Counted from the first letter of the stretch, positions 36,704-45,425 are shown. The stretch is 64,000 nt of DNA from Acidimicrobiales bacterium (GCA_036491125.1 DASXCO010000059.1:4981-68980), one strand, 5' to 3'. A program made the numbers and translations. The notes: generated from the letters alone by a model not told the origin.

Positions 36704-36775
36704 CCGTCGGTGAAACCGCCGGCAGGCCCGAGAGCGACGCCGGCCCGGGAGGTCGGCCCAGGACGTGAGGTGATC

Positions 36776-37405
36776 ATGGCGTCGTACCACTCCCTGATAC
36801 CGACTGTCGTCGACAGCGGACCACGCGGCGAGCGAGCGTTCGACATCTACTCGCTTCTGCTCCGGGAACGGATCGTCTTCCTCGGTCAGGAGGTGGACGA
36901 CCAGATCGCCAACCTCCTGATCGCCGAGATCCTCTACCTCGACGCCGAGAACCCCGACAAGGACATCTATCTGTACATCAACTCGCCCGGCGGTCTCGCC
37001 TACGCCGGGATGGCGATCTACGACGTGATGCAGCACGTCCACTGCGACGTGGCAACCATCTGCGTCGGCATGGGCATGTCGGCGGCGGCGATGATCCTCG
37101 CCGGCGGTGCCGTCGGCAAGCGCTCTGCCCTGCCGAACTCCAAGGTCATGATCCACCAGGGGTCGGCCGGGGCCCGAGGAGCGCCGCGCGACATGGAGAT
37201 CCAGCTCCAGGAGGCGCTGGCCACCACCAAGCGCATGGCCGAGATCCTCGCCCACCACACCCACCAGCCGATCGAGCGGGTCGAACGCGACATCGACCGG
37301 GACTTCTACATGACGGCGGAGGAAGCTCGGGCCTACGGCATCATCGACGACATCATCGCCCCCCGCCGGGGCGTGAGCGCGTTGACGGCGGCAGCTGCGT
37401 CGTGA
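36776..37405 (+). CDS. clpP: ATP-dependent Clp protease proteolytic subunit
   Basis: Motifs YINSPGG, GMGMSAAAMILAGG (Ser), VMIHQG (His), ERDIDRD (Asp) and YGIIDDII. The SD sequence GAGGTG lies 5 nt upstream of the ATG at 36776. Confidence 0.92.
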   Translation: MASYHSLIPTVVDSGPRGERAFDIYSLLLRERIVFLGQEVDDQIANLLIAEILYLDAENPDKDIYLYINSPGGLAYAGMAIYDVMQHVHCDVATICVGMGMSAAAMILAGGAVGKRSALPNSKVMIHQGSAGARGAPRDMEIQLQEALATTKRMAEILAHHTHQPIERVERDIDRDFYMTAEEARAYGIIDDIIAPRRGVSALTAAAAS

Positions 37406-38190
37406 CGGGGCGACCCGCCCGGTGCGACGTGTGCGGGGATGTCGTGGACTCCCTCCACCCGTGGGACGTACAGACGTGTTCGTGTGGTCGGCTCACGCTG
37501 AGCCGTGGACCTAAGCATCGTCGGGTCCAGTGGCGGGCGGAACCGGGGGCGGGGTGGACGGATCTCTGTGGCGAGCTCGACCCGGCCGGTGGAGCCGAGG
37601 GCACGGACAGGTTGCGTCAAGTCCTGCTGATCTCCGGGAGTCTGCGCAATGGCTCGACCAACACGGCACTGCTCCGCACCAGTAAGGCTGTCGCACCTCC
37701 GCGCCTCGCGACCGTGCTCTACGACGGCCTCGACGAGCTTCCTCATTTCAATCCGGACCACGACGTCTCGCTGCTACACCCCGCCGTGGCCGACCTTCGG
37801 GCCCGGATCGCGAGTGCGGATGCGGTCCTGCTCTCGACTCCGGAGTACGCGGGAGGGCTTCCCGGGTCGTTCAAGAACCTGTTGGACTGGACCGTCGGAG
37901 GCGGCGAGATCTATGGCAAGCCAGTGGCGTGGGTCAACGCCTCCGCCTCCCCCACGGGTGCGGCCGACGCCTACGAGTCGCTTCGCAAAGTGCTCGGCTA
38001 CGTCGGTGCTGTCGTCGTCGAGCCCGCCTGCGCCCACATCCCCGTGACCAGGAATGCCATCGGCGCGGATGGCCACGTCGCCGATCCGTCGATTCGCGCC
38101 CGCCTGGGCGACGTCCTGGGGGCGCTCCTTGCCCACCTCGAGCACGGTCGAGCCGTGGGCGTCGCCGGGCAACCGCCGACGACGGCCTAG
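37402..38190 (+). CDS. NAD(P)H-dependent FMN reductase-family protein with an N-terminal CxxC...CxCG zinc-ribbon-like extension
   Basis: FMN_red core: VLLISGSLRNGSTNTAL and LSTPEYAGGLPGSFKNLLDW. The N-terminal 70 aa read RCDVCGDVVDSLHPWDVQTCSCGRLTLSRGPKHRRVQW. The GTG overlaps the clpP TGA. An alternative TTG start at 37612 would remove the extension. Confidence 0.8.
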   Translation: MTGRPARCDVCGDVVDSLHPWDVQTCSCGRLTLSRGPKHRRVQWRAEPGAGWTDLCGELDPAGGAEGTDRLRQVLLISGSLRNGSTNTALLRTSKAVAPPRLATVLYDGLDELPHFNPDHDVSLLHPAVADLRARIASADAVLLSTPEYAGGLPGSFKNLLDWTVGGGEIYGKPVAWVNASASPTGAADAYESLRKVLGYVGAVVVEPACAHIPVTRNAIGADGHVADPSIRARLGDVLGALLAHLEHGRAVGVAGQPPTTA

Positions 38191-38198
38191 CCCTCAGC

Positions 38199-40139
38199 TC
38201 ATCCGGTGCTGACGCGAGCCGGCCGAGGTCCGGTCGCAGCCACGGCCGCCTCGACTGCGCTCCCGTCGATCGTCTCCTTCTCGAGCAGTAGATCGACGAC
38301 GTGGTCGAGCGCCGGGCGGTGCTCGGTCAGCAGCCTGGTGGCCCGCTGCTCGGCTTCGCGCAGTAGCCGGGCGACCTCCTCGTCGATGAGCTGCTGAGTG
38401 CCCTCCGCGTACGGCCGACCCCGACCGTCGGCGCTCAGGTAGTTCGGAGTCCCCGAGGCGAAGCCGACCGGCCCCAGCCGATCGCTCATGCCGAAGTCAC
38501 GGATCATTCGGGTCGCCAGCTCGGTGGCACCGGCGAGGTCGTTGCTCGCCCCGCTGGAGGCCTCGCCCAGCACGAGGAGCTCGGCGGCCCGACCACCGAG
38601 GCGGACGGCCAGGGAGTCGAGCAGGTAGCTCTCGGGGTACAGATGGCGCTCGTCGACCGGTAGCTGCTCGGTGATCCCGAGGGCCATGCCCGAGGGGAGA
38701 ATGGTTACCTTGGCGACCGGGTCGGCGTGCTCCGACAGCACCGCCACCAGAGCATGTCCGCTCTCGTGCACCGCGACGGATCGCTTCTCGTCTGGGAGCA
38801 GGGCGTTGGACGCGTCGCGGCGCCCGAGCAGGATGCGATCACGGGCGTCGGAGAAGTCGGCGGCGGTGATCACCTCTCGATCGGCCCTCACGGCGACGAT
38901 TGCCGCCTCGTTCACCAGATTGGCGAGGTCGGCACCGGAGAACCCGGGCGTCAGGCCGGCTACCACGTCGAGGTCGACATCCGGCGCCAGCCGACGCGCC
39001 TTGATGTGCACCGCCAGGATCTTGGCCCGCTCGGCCCGGTTGGGCAGGGGGATCTCCACGGTTCGGTCGAAGCGCCCGGGGCGAAGCAGGGCGGGATCGA
39101 GGGTCTCGGGTCGGTTCGTCGCCGCCATCACGACGACCCCCGTAGCCGGGTCGAACCCGTCCATCTCGGCCAGGAGCTGGTTCAGGGTCTGCTCCCGCTC
39201 GTCGTTGGACGCGAACAGCGCCGCGCCACGTTTGCCGCCGATGGCATCGATCTCGTCGATGAAGATGATCGACGGCGCCCGCTTGCGGGCTGCGGCGAAC
39301 AGATCCCGGACCCGGGACGCCCCCACCCCCACGAACAGCTCGACGAAGCTCGAGCCGGTGATGGCGAAGAACGGCACCTCGGCCTCGCCCGCCACCGCCC
39401 GGGCGAGGAGGGTCTTGCCCGTGCCAGGGGGCCCGACCATGAGCACGCCGCGGGGTCCGATGGCGCCGGCCCGGGTGTACCGGTCGGGGTGGGTGAGGAA
39501 GTCGACGACCTCGCTCACCTCCTGCTTGACCCCTTCGTAGCCCGCCACATCGGCGAACCGGGTCGGAGGGCGCTCCTCGTCGTAGAGCTTGGCGCGGGAG
39601 CTGCCGATGCCCATGATCCCGCCCGCCGCCCGGGCCGTGCGCCGGCCCAGCAGCAGAAACAGACCGAGGAAGAGCACGAACGGCAGGAACGACAGGATCG
39701 TGGGCAGCACCGAGCTGCTGGGGCCCACGCCGGTGATGGCTACACCGTGGGCTTGGAGGGTCGGGGCGAGCTGATTGTTGCCGAGGGCCAGGGGGATCTG
39801 GGAGCTGTAGTGCTGTCCGGCCTTCCCCTTCAACGTGCCCGTGACCTTGCCGTTGGGGTCGATGGTGGCCGTGGACACCTGATTGGCATTGACCTTGTTG
39901 ACGAAGGAGGAGTAGTTCAGGTTGGTGACCGGCGCGGCGCTGCCCATCGTCGGTATGAACAGCAGGCCGACGGTGGCGACGATCCCGACCACGAGGAACC
40001 AGATCCGCCAGCGGGGAGGCGGCGGTGGGGTCGGTCGCTTCGGCGGGTCGTTCGGCGGGCCCGGCTTCGGTGGGTTGGAGTGGTGGCGGGTCACCAAGAG
40101 AGGTCCCCTATCGGGCGGATGGTCCAACCTACCCGGCAA
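38199..40139 (-). CDS. ftsH: ATP-dependent zinc metalloprotease FtsH
   Basis: Two TM segments, Walker A GPPGTGKT, Walker B IIFIDEIDA and the zinc site HESGHAL. The exact start in the Pro-rich N-terminus is uncertain. Confidence 0.93.
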   Translation of the reverse strand: MPGRLDHPPDRGPLLVTRHHSNPPKPGPPNDPPKRPTPPPPPRWRIWFLVVGIVATVGLLFIPTMGSAAPVTNLNYSSFVNKVNANQVSTATIDPNGKVTGTLKGKAGQHYSSQIPLALGNNQLAPTLQAHGVAITGVGPSSSVLPTILSFLPFVLFLGLFLLLGRRTARAAGGIMGIGSSRAKLYDEERPPTRFADVAGYEGVKQEVSEVVDFLTHPDRYTRAGAIGPRGVLMVGPPGTGKTLLARAVAGEAEVPFFAITGSSFVELFVGVGASRVRDLFAAARKRAPSIIFIDEIDAIGGKRGAALFASNDEREQTLNQLLAEMDGFDPATGVVVMAATNRPETLDPALLRPGRFDRTVEIPLPNRAERAKILAVHIKARRLAPDVDLDVVAGLTPGFSGADLANLVNEAAIVAVRADREVITAADFSDARDRILLGRRDASNALLPDEKRSVAVHESGHALVAVLSEHADPVAKVTILPSGMALGITEQLPVDERHLYPESYLLDSLAVRLGGRAAELLVLGEASSGASNDLAGATELATRMIRDFGMSDRLGPVGFASGTPNYLSADGRGRPYAEGTQQLIDEEVARLLREAEQRATRLLTEHRPALDHVVDLLLEKETIDGSAVEAAVAATGPRPARVSTG

Positions 40140-40216
40140 AGGTCATCAGCACCGCGCCGAGTCACCAGTGGAGGTGGTAGCGACCGGAGCGGTGGTCGGC
40201 GACCTCGAGCCGGTCC

Positions 40217-41851
40217 ATGCGTGGCATCCAGGACCCTCTTGGGCTCCGACGCTTCCGGCTACCGTGCCGGATCGTGCTCCCTGGGCAGGTCCATGACCAA
40301 CCGTGGTGGAAGTCCGCCGTCGTCTACCAGGTCTATCCGCGTTCGTTCCAGGACTCCGACGGTGACGGTGTCGGAGACCTCGAAGGTATCCGTCGTCGCC
40401 TCGACCACCTGGCGTGGCTGGGCGTCGACGCCGTCTGGTTGTCGCCGTTCTTTCGTTCGCCGATGGCCGATTTTGGTTACGACGTCGCCGACCACTGCGC
40501 CGTGGACCCGCTGTTCGGGACGCTGGCCGACTTCGACAACCTTGTCGCCCGGGCGCACGAGCTCGGCATCCGGGTCCTGATCGACTGGGTTCCCAACCAC
40601 ACCAGCGACCGCCACCCCTGGTTCATCGAGTCGCGGTCGTCCAGATCGTCATCGCGACGCGACTGGTACGTCTGGCGGGACGGGCGCCCCGACCAGCCGC
40701 CGAACAACTGGCAGGCCGCCTTCTCCGAGGGCCCCACGTGGAGCTGGGACGAGACGACCCAGCAGTGGTACCTCCACCTGTTCCTGCCCGAACAGCCGGA
40801 CCTCAACTGGGCCAACCCACGGGTGGTCGAGGCCATGCAGACGGTGCTGCGATTCTGGCTCGACCGCGGGGTGGACGGCTTCCGGGCCGACGCGGTGCAC
40901 GCCATCGGGAAGGATCCGGCCCTTCCCGACGCCCCCGTGAAGTGGAGGGGCATGCCCTGGTCAGCCCTCAACGACCAGCAGAGCACGCACGACATCCTGC
41001 GGCAGCTGCGGCGGCTGATCGACTCCTATCCGGGAGATCGGGTCATGGTCGGCGAGGTCTTTCTCCTGTCGACGGGGGCGGTGGCCCGCTATTACGGCCG
41101 CGGTGACGAGCTGCACCTCGCTTTCAACTTTCCTCCTCTCTTCGCCCCGTGGGAGGCGGACGCGTGGCGCCATCGGATCGACCGCGTCGTCGAGGAGCTC
41201 GATCCGCGGGGAGCGTGGCCCACATGGGTGCTGTCGAACCACGACAATCCGCGTCACCGCACGCGCTATGGCGGCTCGGAGCAGCGCGCCCGTGCCGCCG
41301 CCGTGCTGCTGCTCACGTTGAGGGGTACGCCGTTCATCTACGCAGGCGAGGAGCTCGGCCTCGAGAACGCCGCGATCCCCGCTGAGCGGCGTCTCGATCC
41401 TGGAGGACGCGACGGCTCGCGGGCCCCGTTGCCGTGGGACGGCTCACCCGACCACGGGTGGCCCTCGGGCGACCGGCGCCCGGGAGCCGCTCCTTGGTTG
41501 CCGTGGCCGCCGGAGGCCGAGGTCCGCAACGTGGCTGCCCTGCAGGACGATCCGACGTCCATCCTCAACCTCTACCGCCGGCTCGTGGCCACTCGTCGAC
41601 GGTCGCCCGCCCTGTCCACCGGGTCCTGGTCGCCGCTCCCGAGCCCGCCCGACGTGCTCGCCTACCGGCGGGCTGCGGACAACGATCGGCGGCTGGTCAT
41701 CGTCAACTTCGGCGACGGTGATGCGTCCGTCCCCGCGCCGGATGCGGCCTGGCGGGTAGAGGTGTCCACCGAGGCGGGGACCGACGGGGAGCCGTACATG
41801 GGCATGGTTCCCGGGCCGGGCGCCGTTGTCCTCACCGACGAACCCTCCTGA
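40217..41851 (+). CDS. GH13 alpha-glucosidase / oligo-1,6-glucosidase-like enzyme
   Basis: Motifs WWKSAVVYQVYPRSFQDSDGDGVGDL, DAVWLSPF, DWVPNHTSD, GFRADAV and SNHDN. An alternative GTG start lies at 40274. Confidence 0.88.
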   Translation: MRGIQDPLGLRRFRLPCRIVLPGQVHDQPWWKSAVVYQVYPRSFQDSDGDGVGDLEGIRRRLDHLAWLGVDAVWLSPFFRSPMADFGYDVADHCAVDPLFGTLADFDNLVARAHELGIRVLIDWVPNHTSDRHPWFIESRSSRSSSRRDWYVWRDGRPDQPPNNWQAAFSEGPTWSWDETTQQWYLHLFLPEQPDLNWANPRVVEAMQTVLRFWLDRGVDGFRADAVHAIGKDPALPDAPVKWRGMPWSALNDQQSTHDILRQLRRLIDSYPGDRVMVGEVFLLSTGAVARYYGRGDELHLAFNFPPLFAPWEADAWRHRIDRVVEELDPRGAWPTWVLSNHDNPRHRTRYGGSEQRARAAAVLLLTLRGTPFIYAGEELGLENAAIPAERRLDPGGRDGSRAPLPWDGSPDHGWPSGDRRPGAAPWLPWPPEAEVRNVAALQDDPTSILNLYRRLVATRRRSPALSTGSWSPLPSPPDVLAYRRAADNDRRLVIVNFGDGDASVPAPDAAWRVEVSTEAGTDGEPYMGMVPGPGAVVLTDEPS

Positions 41852-41864
41852 CGGCGCCCGCTGC

Positions 41865-43064
41865 TCAGCCGGCGATCGGCCGGTGTGAGCGAGCCTCGAG
41901 CACGAGCTCGCCCCGACCCCCGACCGCAAGCGCCCCCTCCCCTGCCAGCAGCTGGCGCAGCGGCTCGCCCACGAGCGTCCGCCGCCAGCCGCTGGCCAGA
42001 CGGGACTCGCCACCGCCCCGCAGCAGCGCGTGCAGGTCGGCCCTGGTGGCGAGAAGGGGACCGTCGATCCGCAGCTCGGCGGCCCGCTGTGCCAGCCAGG
42101 CTCCGGCCAGCGTCGCCACTGGACGCAGGCGGCGCTCGACCTGATCGATCGGCGGCTGCCGGAGGGCGCCATCACTGAGCTCGAAGCCGGCCCGCACCGC
42201 GTCGAGGAGCCCGGCCTCGGCCGCCCCCCTGGCCCGGCGCGGGTCGAGACCCCGGACCGCGGCCAGCTCGGCCGCGGTGGTAGGCGGCCGCTGGGCGATC
42301 GCCACCACCGCCAGGTCGGGGAGGACGAACCGCGCCGGTCGATCGGTCGCCGCGGCACGGCGCTCCCGCCAGGCGGCCACGGTCTGAGCCACGGCTCGTG
42401 ACTCACCCTTGAGCTGGCGGGCCTCCTTCAGTCGCCACCACGCTTCGTTGGGCTCGACCCGCCGGCTGGGGCGGGACAACAGGATCTGGCACTCGCCCTC
42501 GGCCCAGGTCAACCGGTCGAGGCCATCGAGCTCGGTGACCAGCGCTCCATGCAGGTCCAGCAGGTGGGCGGCGTCCGACGCCGCGTACTCGCGTTGGGCG
42601 GCGCTCAGGGGGCGTCGGGTCCAGTCGGTGAGGCGGTCCCCCTTCGCCAGCCGCTGGCCGAGCAGGTGCTCGACCAGGGTCGTCAGCGACGGAGCCGAGA
42701 GGCCGAGGAAGCCCGCCGCCAGCTGGGTGTCGAACAAGCGACGGGGCTTGGTCCCGCACGCCAGCTCGAGCACTTCGAGATCCTGGTCGGCGGCGTGGGC
42801 CACGGCGAGCCCGGGCCCGTCGAGCACCTGGCGCAATCCGGTGAGGTCGACCCGGTACGGATCGACCAGGGCCACTCCCCCGGGCCAGACCAGCTGAACC
42901 AGGGCCAAGTGAGGGAAGTACGAACGTTCACGATGGAACTCGGTGTCGAAGCCGTACACCGACGCGGCTCCGATCTGGCCCACCACCTCGTCCATGGCGG
43001 GCTGCGTGTCGACCCAGCTCGGTTCGGCCAGATCGCTCAAGCCTTCACGAACCCGCGTCGACAC
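41865..43064 (-). CDS. rnd: Ribonuclease D (DEDD 3'-5' exonuclease plus HRDC domain)
   Basis: Motifs YGFDTEFHRERSYFPHLALVQL and YAASDAAHLLDL, with an HRDC-like C-terminal half. Confidence 0.85.
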   Translation of the reverse strand: MSTRVREGLSDLAEPSWVDTQPAMDEVVGQIGAASVYGFDTEFHRERSYFPHLALVQLVWPGGVALVDPYRVDLTGLRQVLDGPGLAVAHAADQDLEVLELACGTKPRRLFDTQLAAGFLGLSAPSLTTLVEHLLGQRLAKGDRLTDWTRRPLSAAQREYAASDAAHLLDLHGALVTELDGLDRLTWAEGECQILLSRPSRRVEPNEAWWRLKEARQLKGESRAVAQTVAAWRERRAAATDRPARFVLPDLAVVAIAQRPPTTAAELAAVRGLDPRRARGAAEAGLLDAVRAGFELSDGALRQPPIDQVERRLRPVATLAGAWLAQRAAELRIDGPLLATRADLHALLRGGGESRLASGWRRTLVGEPLRQLLAGEGALAVGGRGELVLEARSHRPIAG

Positions 43065-43183
43065 TGGTGGCCACCACCGACTCGACGTCCCAGGCGTCGC
43101 TGTCGAGCCGATGTCGGATCATGGCGCCCGACGCTACCGTACGCCGAGGCGGCCCTCGCTAGGCCTCGATGGCGGGGGTCGGC

Positions 43184-43741
43184 TCAACCGCCGTAGCTCA
43201 TGCGGGTGTCCTCCATCCGGAGCGGCAGGGAATCCTCGTCCCGCTGGAAGCCGGCCTCGACGACCTCGCCCACGAAAAGCACGTGGCCTCCCACGGGCAC
43301 GCGCTCACGTACCTCGCAGTCCAGGTAGGCCAGGGCCTGGTCGAGGATCGGCGCGCCGGTGGTGGCATCGTGGAACGAGAACCCGTTCAGCGTCCCGGCC
43401 CCCTCGTCGTGCTCGACTGGCCTGACGAACTTGCGGACGATGGCGCGGTCGTCGCGGTCGACGATGGAGACGCTGAACACTCCGCCATCGCCGATCAGGG
43501 CGGCGGTGAGGGCCTCGCGCTCGACGCTGACCGCCACGAGCTTGGGATCGAAGGCGACCTGGGTGACCCAGTTGGCGGTCATGAGATTGCGCCGCCCGCC
43601 GGCTCGGCTCCCGATGACGTAGAGCCCGCTGGGCATGGTCCACAGCACCCGACGGCGGAGCTTGTCGTACTCCTCGGGGTCCGTGCCTGGTGGAAAGGGG
43701 CCGATCAACCCGCTCGTCGTTCCGGGCATGCCCTCGAACAT
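43184..43741 (-). CDS. Flavin reductase-like domain protein
   Basis: GLYVIGSRAGGRRNLMTANWVTQVAFDPKLVAVSVE is typical of the flavin reductase (FMN-binding split barrel) family. Confidence 0.8.
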   Translation of the reverse strand: MFEGMPGTTSGLIGPFPPGTDPEEYDKLRRRVLWTMPSGLYVIGSRAGGRRNLMTANWVTQVAFDPKLVAVSVEREALTAALIGDGGVFSVSIVDRDDRAIVRKFVRPVEHDEGAGTLNGFSFHDATTGAPILDQALAYLDCEVRERVPVGGHVLFVGEVVEAGFQRDEDSLPLRMEDTRMSYGG

Positions 43742-43833
43742 AGCGCCGGATCACGCCTGGCCCGGGCATGCCGACCGACGGTCCGGCCGCGCGCACCCTC
43801 TGAGCGAACACGAGATCCGAGGCCTGCCGTCTC

Positions 43834-43862
43834 TTGACGACGCATCGCGGGCGAAGAATAAT
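43834..43862 (+). promoter_or_regulatory. Sigma-70-type promoter for the DUF3224-marR operon, overlapped by an inverted repeat
   Basis: TTGACG (43834-43839), a 17-nt spacer, then AATAAT (43857-43862). The IR GACGCAT (43839-43845) / ATGCGTC (43865-43871) brackets the -10. The SD sequence AAGGA lies 8 nt before the GTG at 43904. Confidence 0.5.
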
Positions 43863-43903
43863 GCATGCGTCACACATGTAACTAGAGAGAAAGGACGGCG
43901 ATC

Positions 43904-44299
43904 GTGTCCACCCATCTGGAAGGCGTCTTCGATGTCACCTCGTGGTCCGAAGAGCAGGTTGGCGGGCTGGAGGGCGCAGCCAAAGTGACGACGGCAGGGA
44001 TCGGGCAGCGATTCACCGGAGGCATCGAAGCGGAGACCAAGTGGGACATGGTGATGACGTACCGCGACGACGGCACCGCTGACTTCGTCGGCTATCAGCG
44101 ACTCCAGGGCCGAATCGGTGACAGGGAGGGGACGTTTGTCCTGCAAGGGCTGGGCCAATTCGATGGCAAAGAGGCGCGGACGCTCCTCGAGGTGGTGCCG
44201 GGCGCCTCGACGGGCGCGCTGACGGGTCTGCGGGGCACCGGCCTTGCGGTCGCCCCCATGGGTTCCACCGGCACGTTCAGCCTCGACTACGACCTCTGA
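43904..44299 (+). CDS. DUF3224 domain protein
   Basis: 131 aa. LEGVFDVTSWSEE...GTFVLQGLGQFDGKEARTLLEVVPGASTGALTGLRGTG fits my recollection of DUF3224. Confidence 0.65.
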   Translation: MSTHLEGVFDVTSWSEEQVGGLEGAAKVTTAGIGQRFTGGIEAETKWDMVMTYRDDGTADFVGYQRLQGRIGDREGTFVLQGLGQFDGKEARTLLEVVPGASTGALTGLRGTGLAVAPMGSTGTFSLDYDL

Positions 44300-44300
44300 G

Positions 44301-44837
44301 ATGAGCGCGGCTCCGGCAGGTCACGGCGCCAACCTGCTCGGCGCGCTGGCCCTCGCCGTGTCCGACCGCGTAGCGGAGGCGGGCGCCGATCGATCGGGCC
44401 GCTCCGAGAGCGCGGCGGCAGCCCTGTCCGCCCTCGATCAGTTCCTCGGTCATCCGTCGATCGACCAGCTGGCCCAGGTCCTCGGGCTCAGCCAGTCGGG
44501 CACGGTCCGTCTGGTCGACCGGCTGGAGGGCGACGGGCTCGTGCAGCGCGGGGCGGGTGAGGACGGTCGCATCACGACGGTGTCGCTGACGCCCGCGGGC
44601 CACCGAGCGGCGCACCGGCTCGAGGCCGCCCGCCTCGAGGTCCTCGACGGCGTGCTCGAGCCGCTGACCGTCACCGAGCGACGGAGCTTCTCTGCGCTCC
44701 TCGGCCGCATTCTCGTCGGCATGATGCGCGAGCCGGGCGCCACCCGCTGGATCTGCCGTTTGTGCGATCTCTCGGCCTGCGGCCGGCCCGCCGGCCACTG
44801 CCCGCTCGAGCGCGAGGCGCGCCTCCGCTACGGGTGA
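44301..44837 (+). CDS. MarR-family transcriptional regulator with a C-terminal Cys4 motif
   Basis: Winged HTH LAQVLGLSQSGTVRLVDRLEGDGLVQR. The C-terminus reads WICRLCDLSACGRPAGHCP. The ATG at 44301 lies 1 nt after the upstream stop. Confidence 0.8.
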   Translation: MSAAPAGHGANLLGALALAVSDRVAEAGADRSGRSESAAAALSALDQFLGHPSIDQLAQVLGLSQSGTVRLVDRLEGDGLVQRGAGEDGRITTVSLTPAGHRAAHRLEAARLEVLDGVLEPLTVTERRSFSALLGRILVGMMREPGATRWICRLCDLSACGRPAGHCPLEREARLRYG

Positions 44838-44960
44838 GCTGCGGCTGTGACGCCGAGACCCGGCGCCGGGGGCGGCTCGGCACACTCCGCGTCCACATAT
44901 GGACAAGACAACGACCCTGAGCGGAGCGCGAGGCCGGGCGACGAACAAGAGGGCAACTGC

Positions 44961-45425
44961 TCAGGAGTGGGCGAGCGTCGCGGCGCGCGTGCGCGCCGCC
45001 TGCAAGGCCTGCTGCGCCGCATCCGCCTGGCGGATGACAGCAGCCAGACCGGCCGCCCGGTCGGACCCCACGCCCTTGTCCAGGTCGTGGTTGGCCAGCT
45101 GGTACGCGGTCTGGTACGCCGTGTTCAGCTCGTCGGTCAGACGCTGATCGGGGCTCGGCAGCTGGGCGTGAGCGATGGTGGCGTCGTCCTGGAGCTGGAC
45201 GCTCACCGCTTGCAGGCCTCCCAGATCGCCGGCCTGGGCCGTCTTCGTCACCTGATCGAGCTCGGACCCGATCTTGGCGCTGGACGCAGTGAGCGCTACT
45301 CCCTGCGACCAGCCGTTGACTCGCTGCGACAACGTTCCGGAGACATCGGGCCCGGCCGAGCAGGCGGACACCGTGACGGCGGCGATGACCACGGCGGCCG
45401 ATGCGATCGCCCTCGGATGTTTCAT
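44961..45425 (-). CDS. Putative lipoprotein
   Basis: MKHPRAIASAAVVIAAVTVSAC is a signal peptide with a lipobox-like VSAC. The ATG overlaps the putA stop (ATGA). The upstream part of the ORF-track frame is spurious. Confidence 0.6.
   Translation of the reverse strand: MKHPRAIASAAVVIAAVTVSACSAGPDVSGTLSQRVNGWSQGVALTASSAKIGSELDQVTKTAQAGDLGGLQAVSVQLQDDATIAHAQLPSPDQRLTDELNTAYQTAYQLANHDLDKGVGSDRAAGLAAVIRQADAAQQALQAARTRAATLAHS

Noticed and set aside
44851-44903. Long GC hairpin (GCCGAG...CTCGGC around CCCGGCGCCGGG) and the near-palindrome GTCCACATATGGAC between the convergent marR and lipoprotein genes
   Set aside because: They are most simply explained as a bidirectional terminator region between convergent genes. 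Nothing ties them to a specific function.
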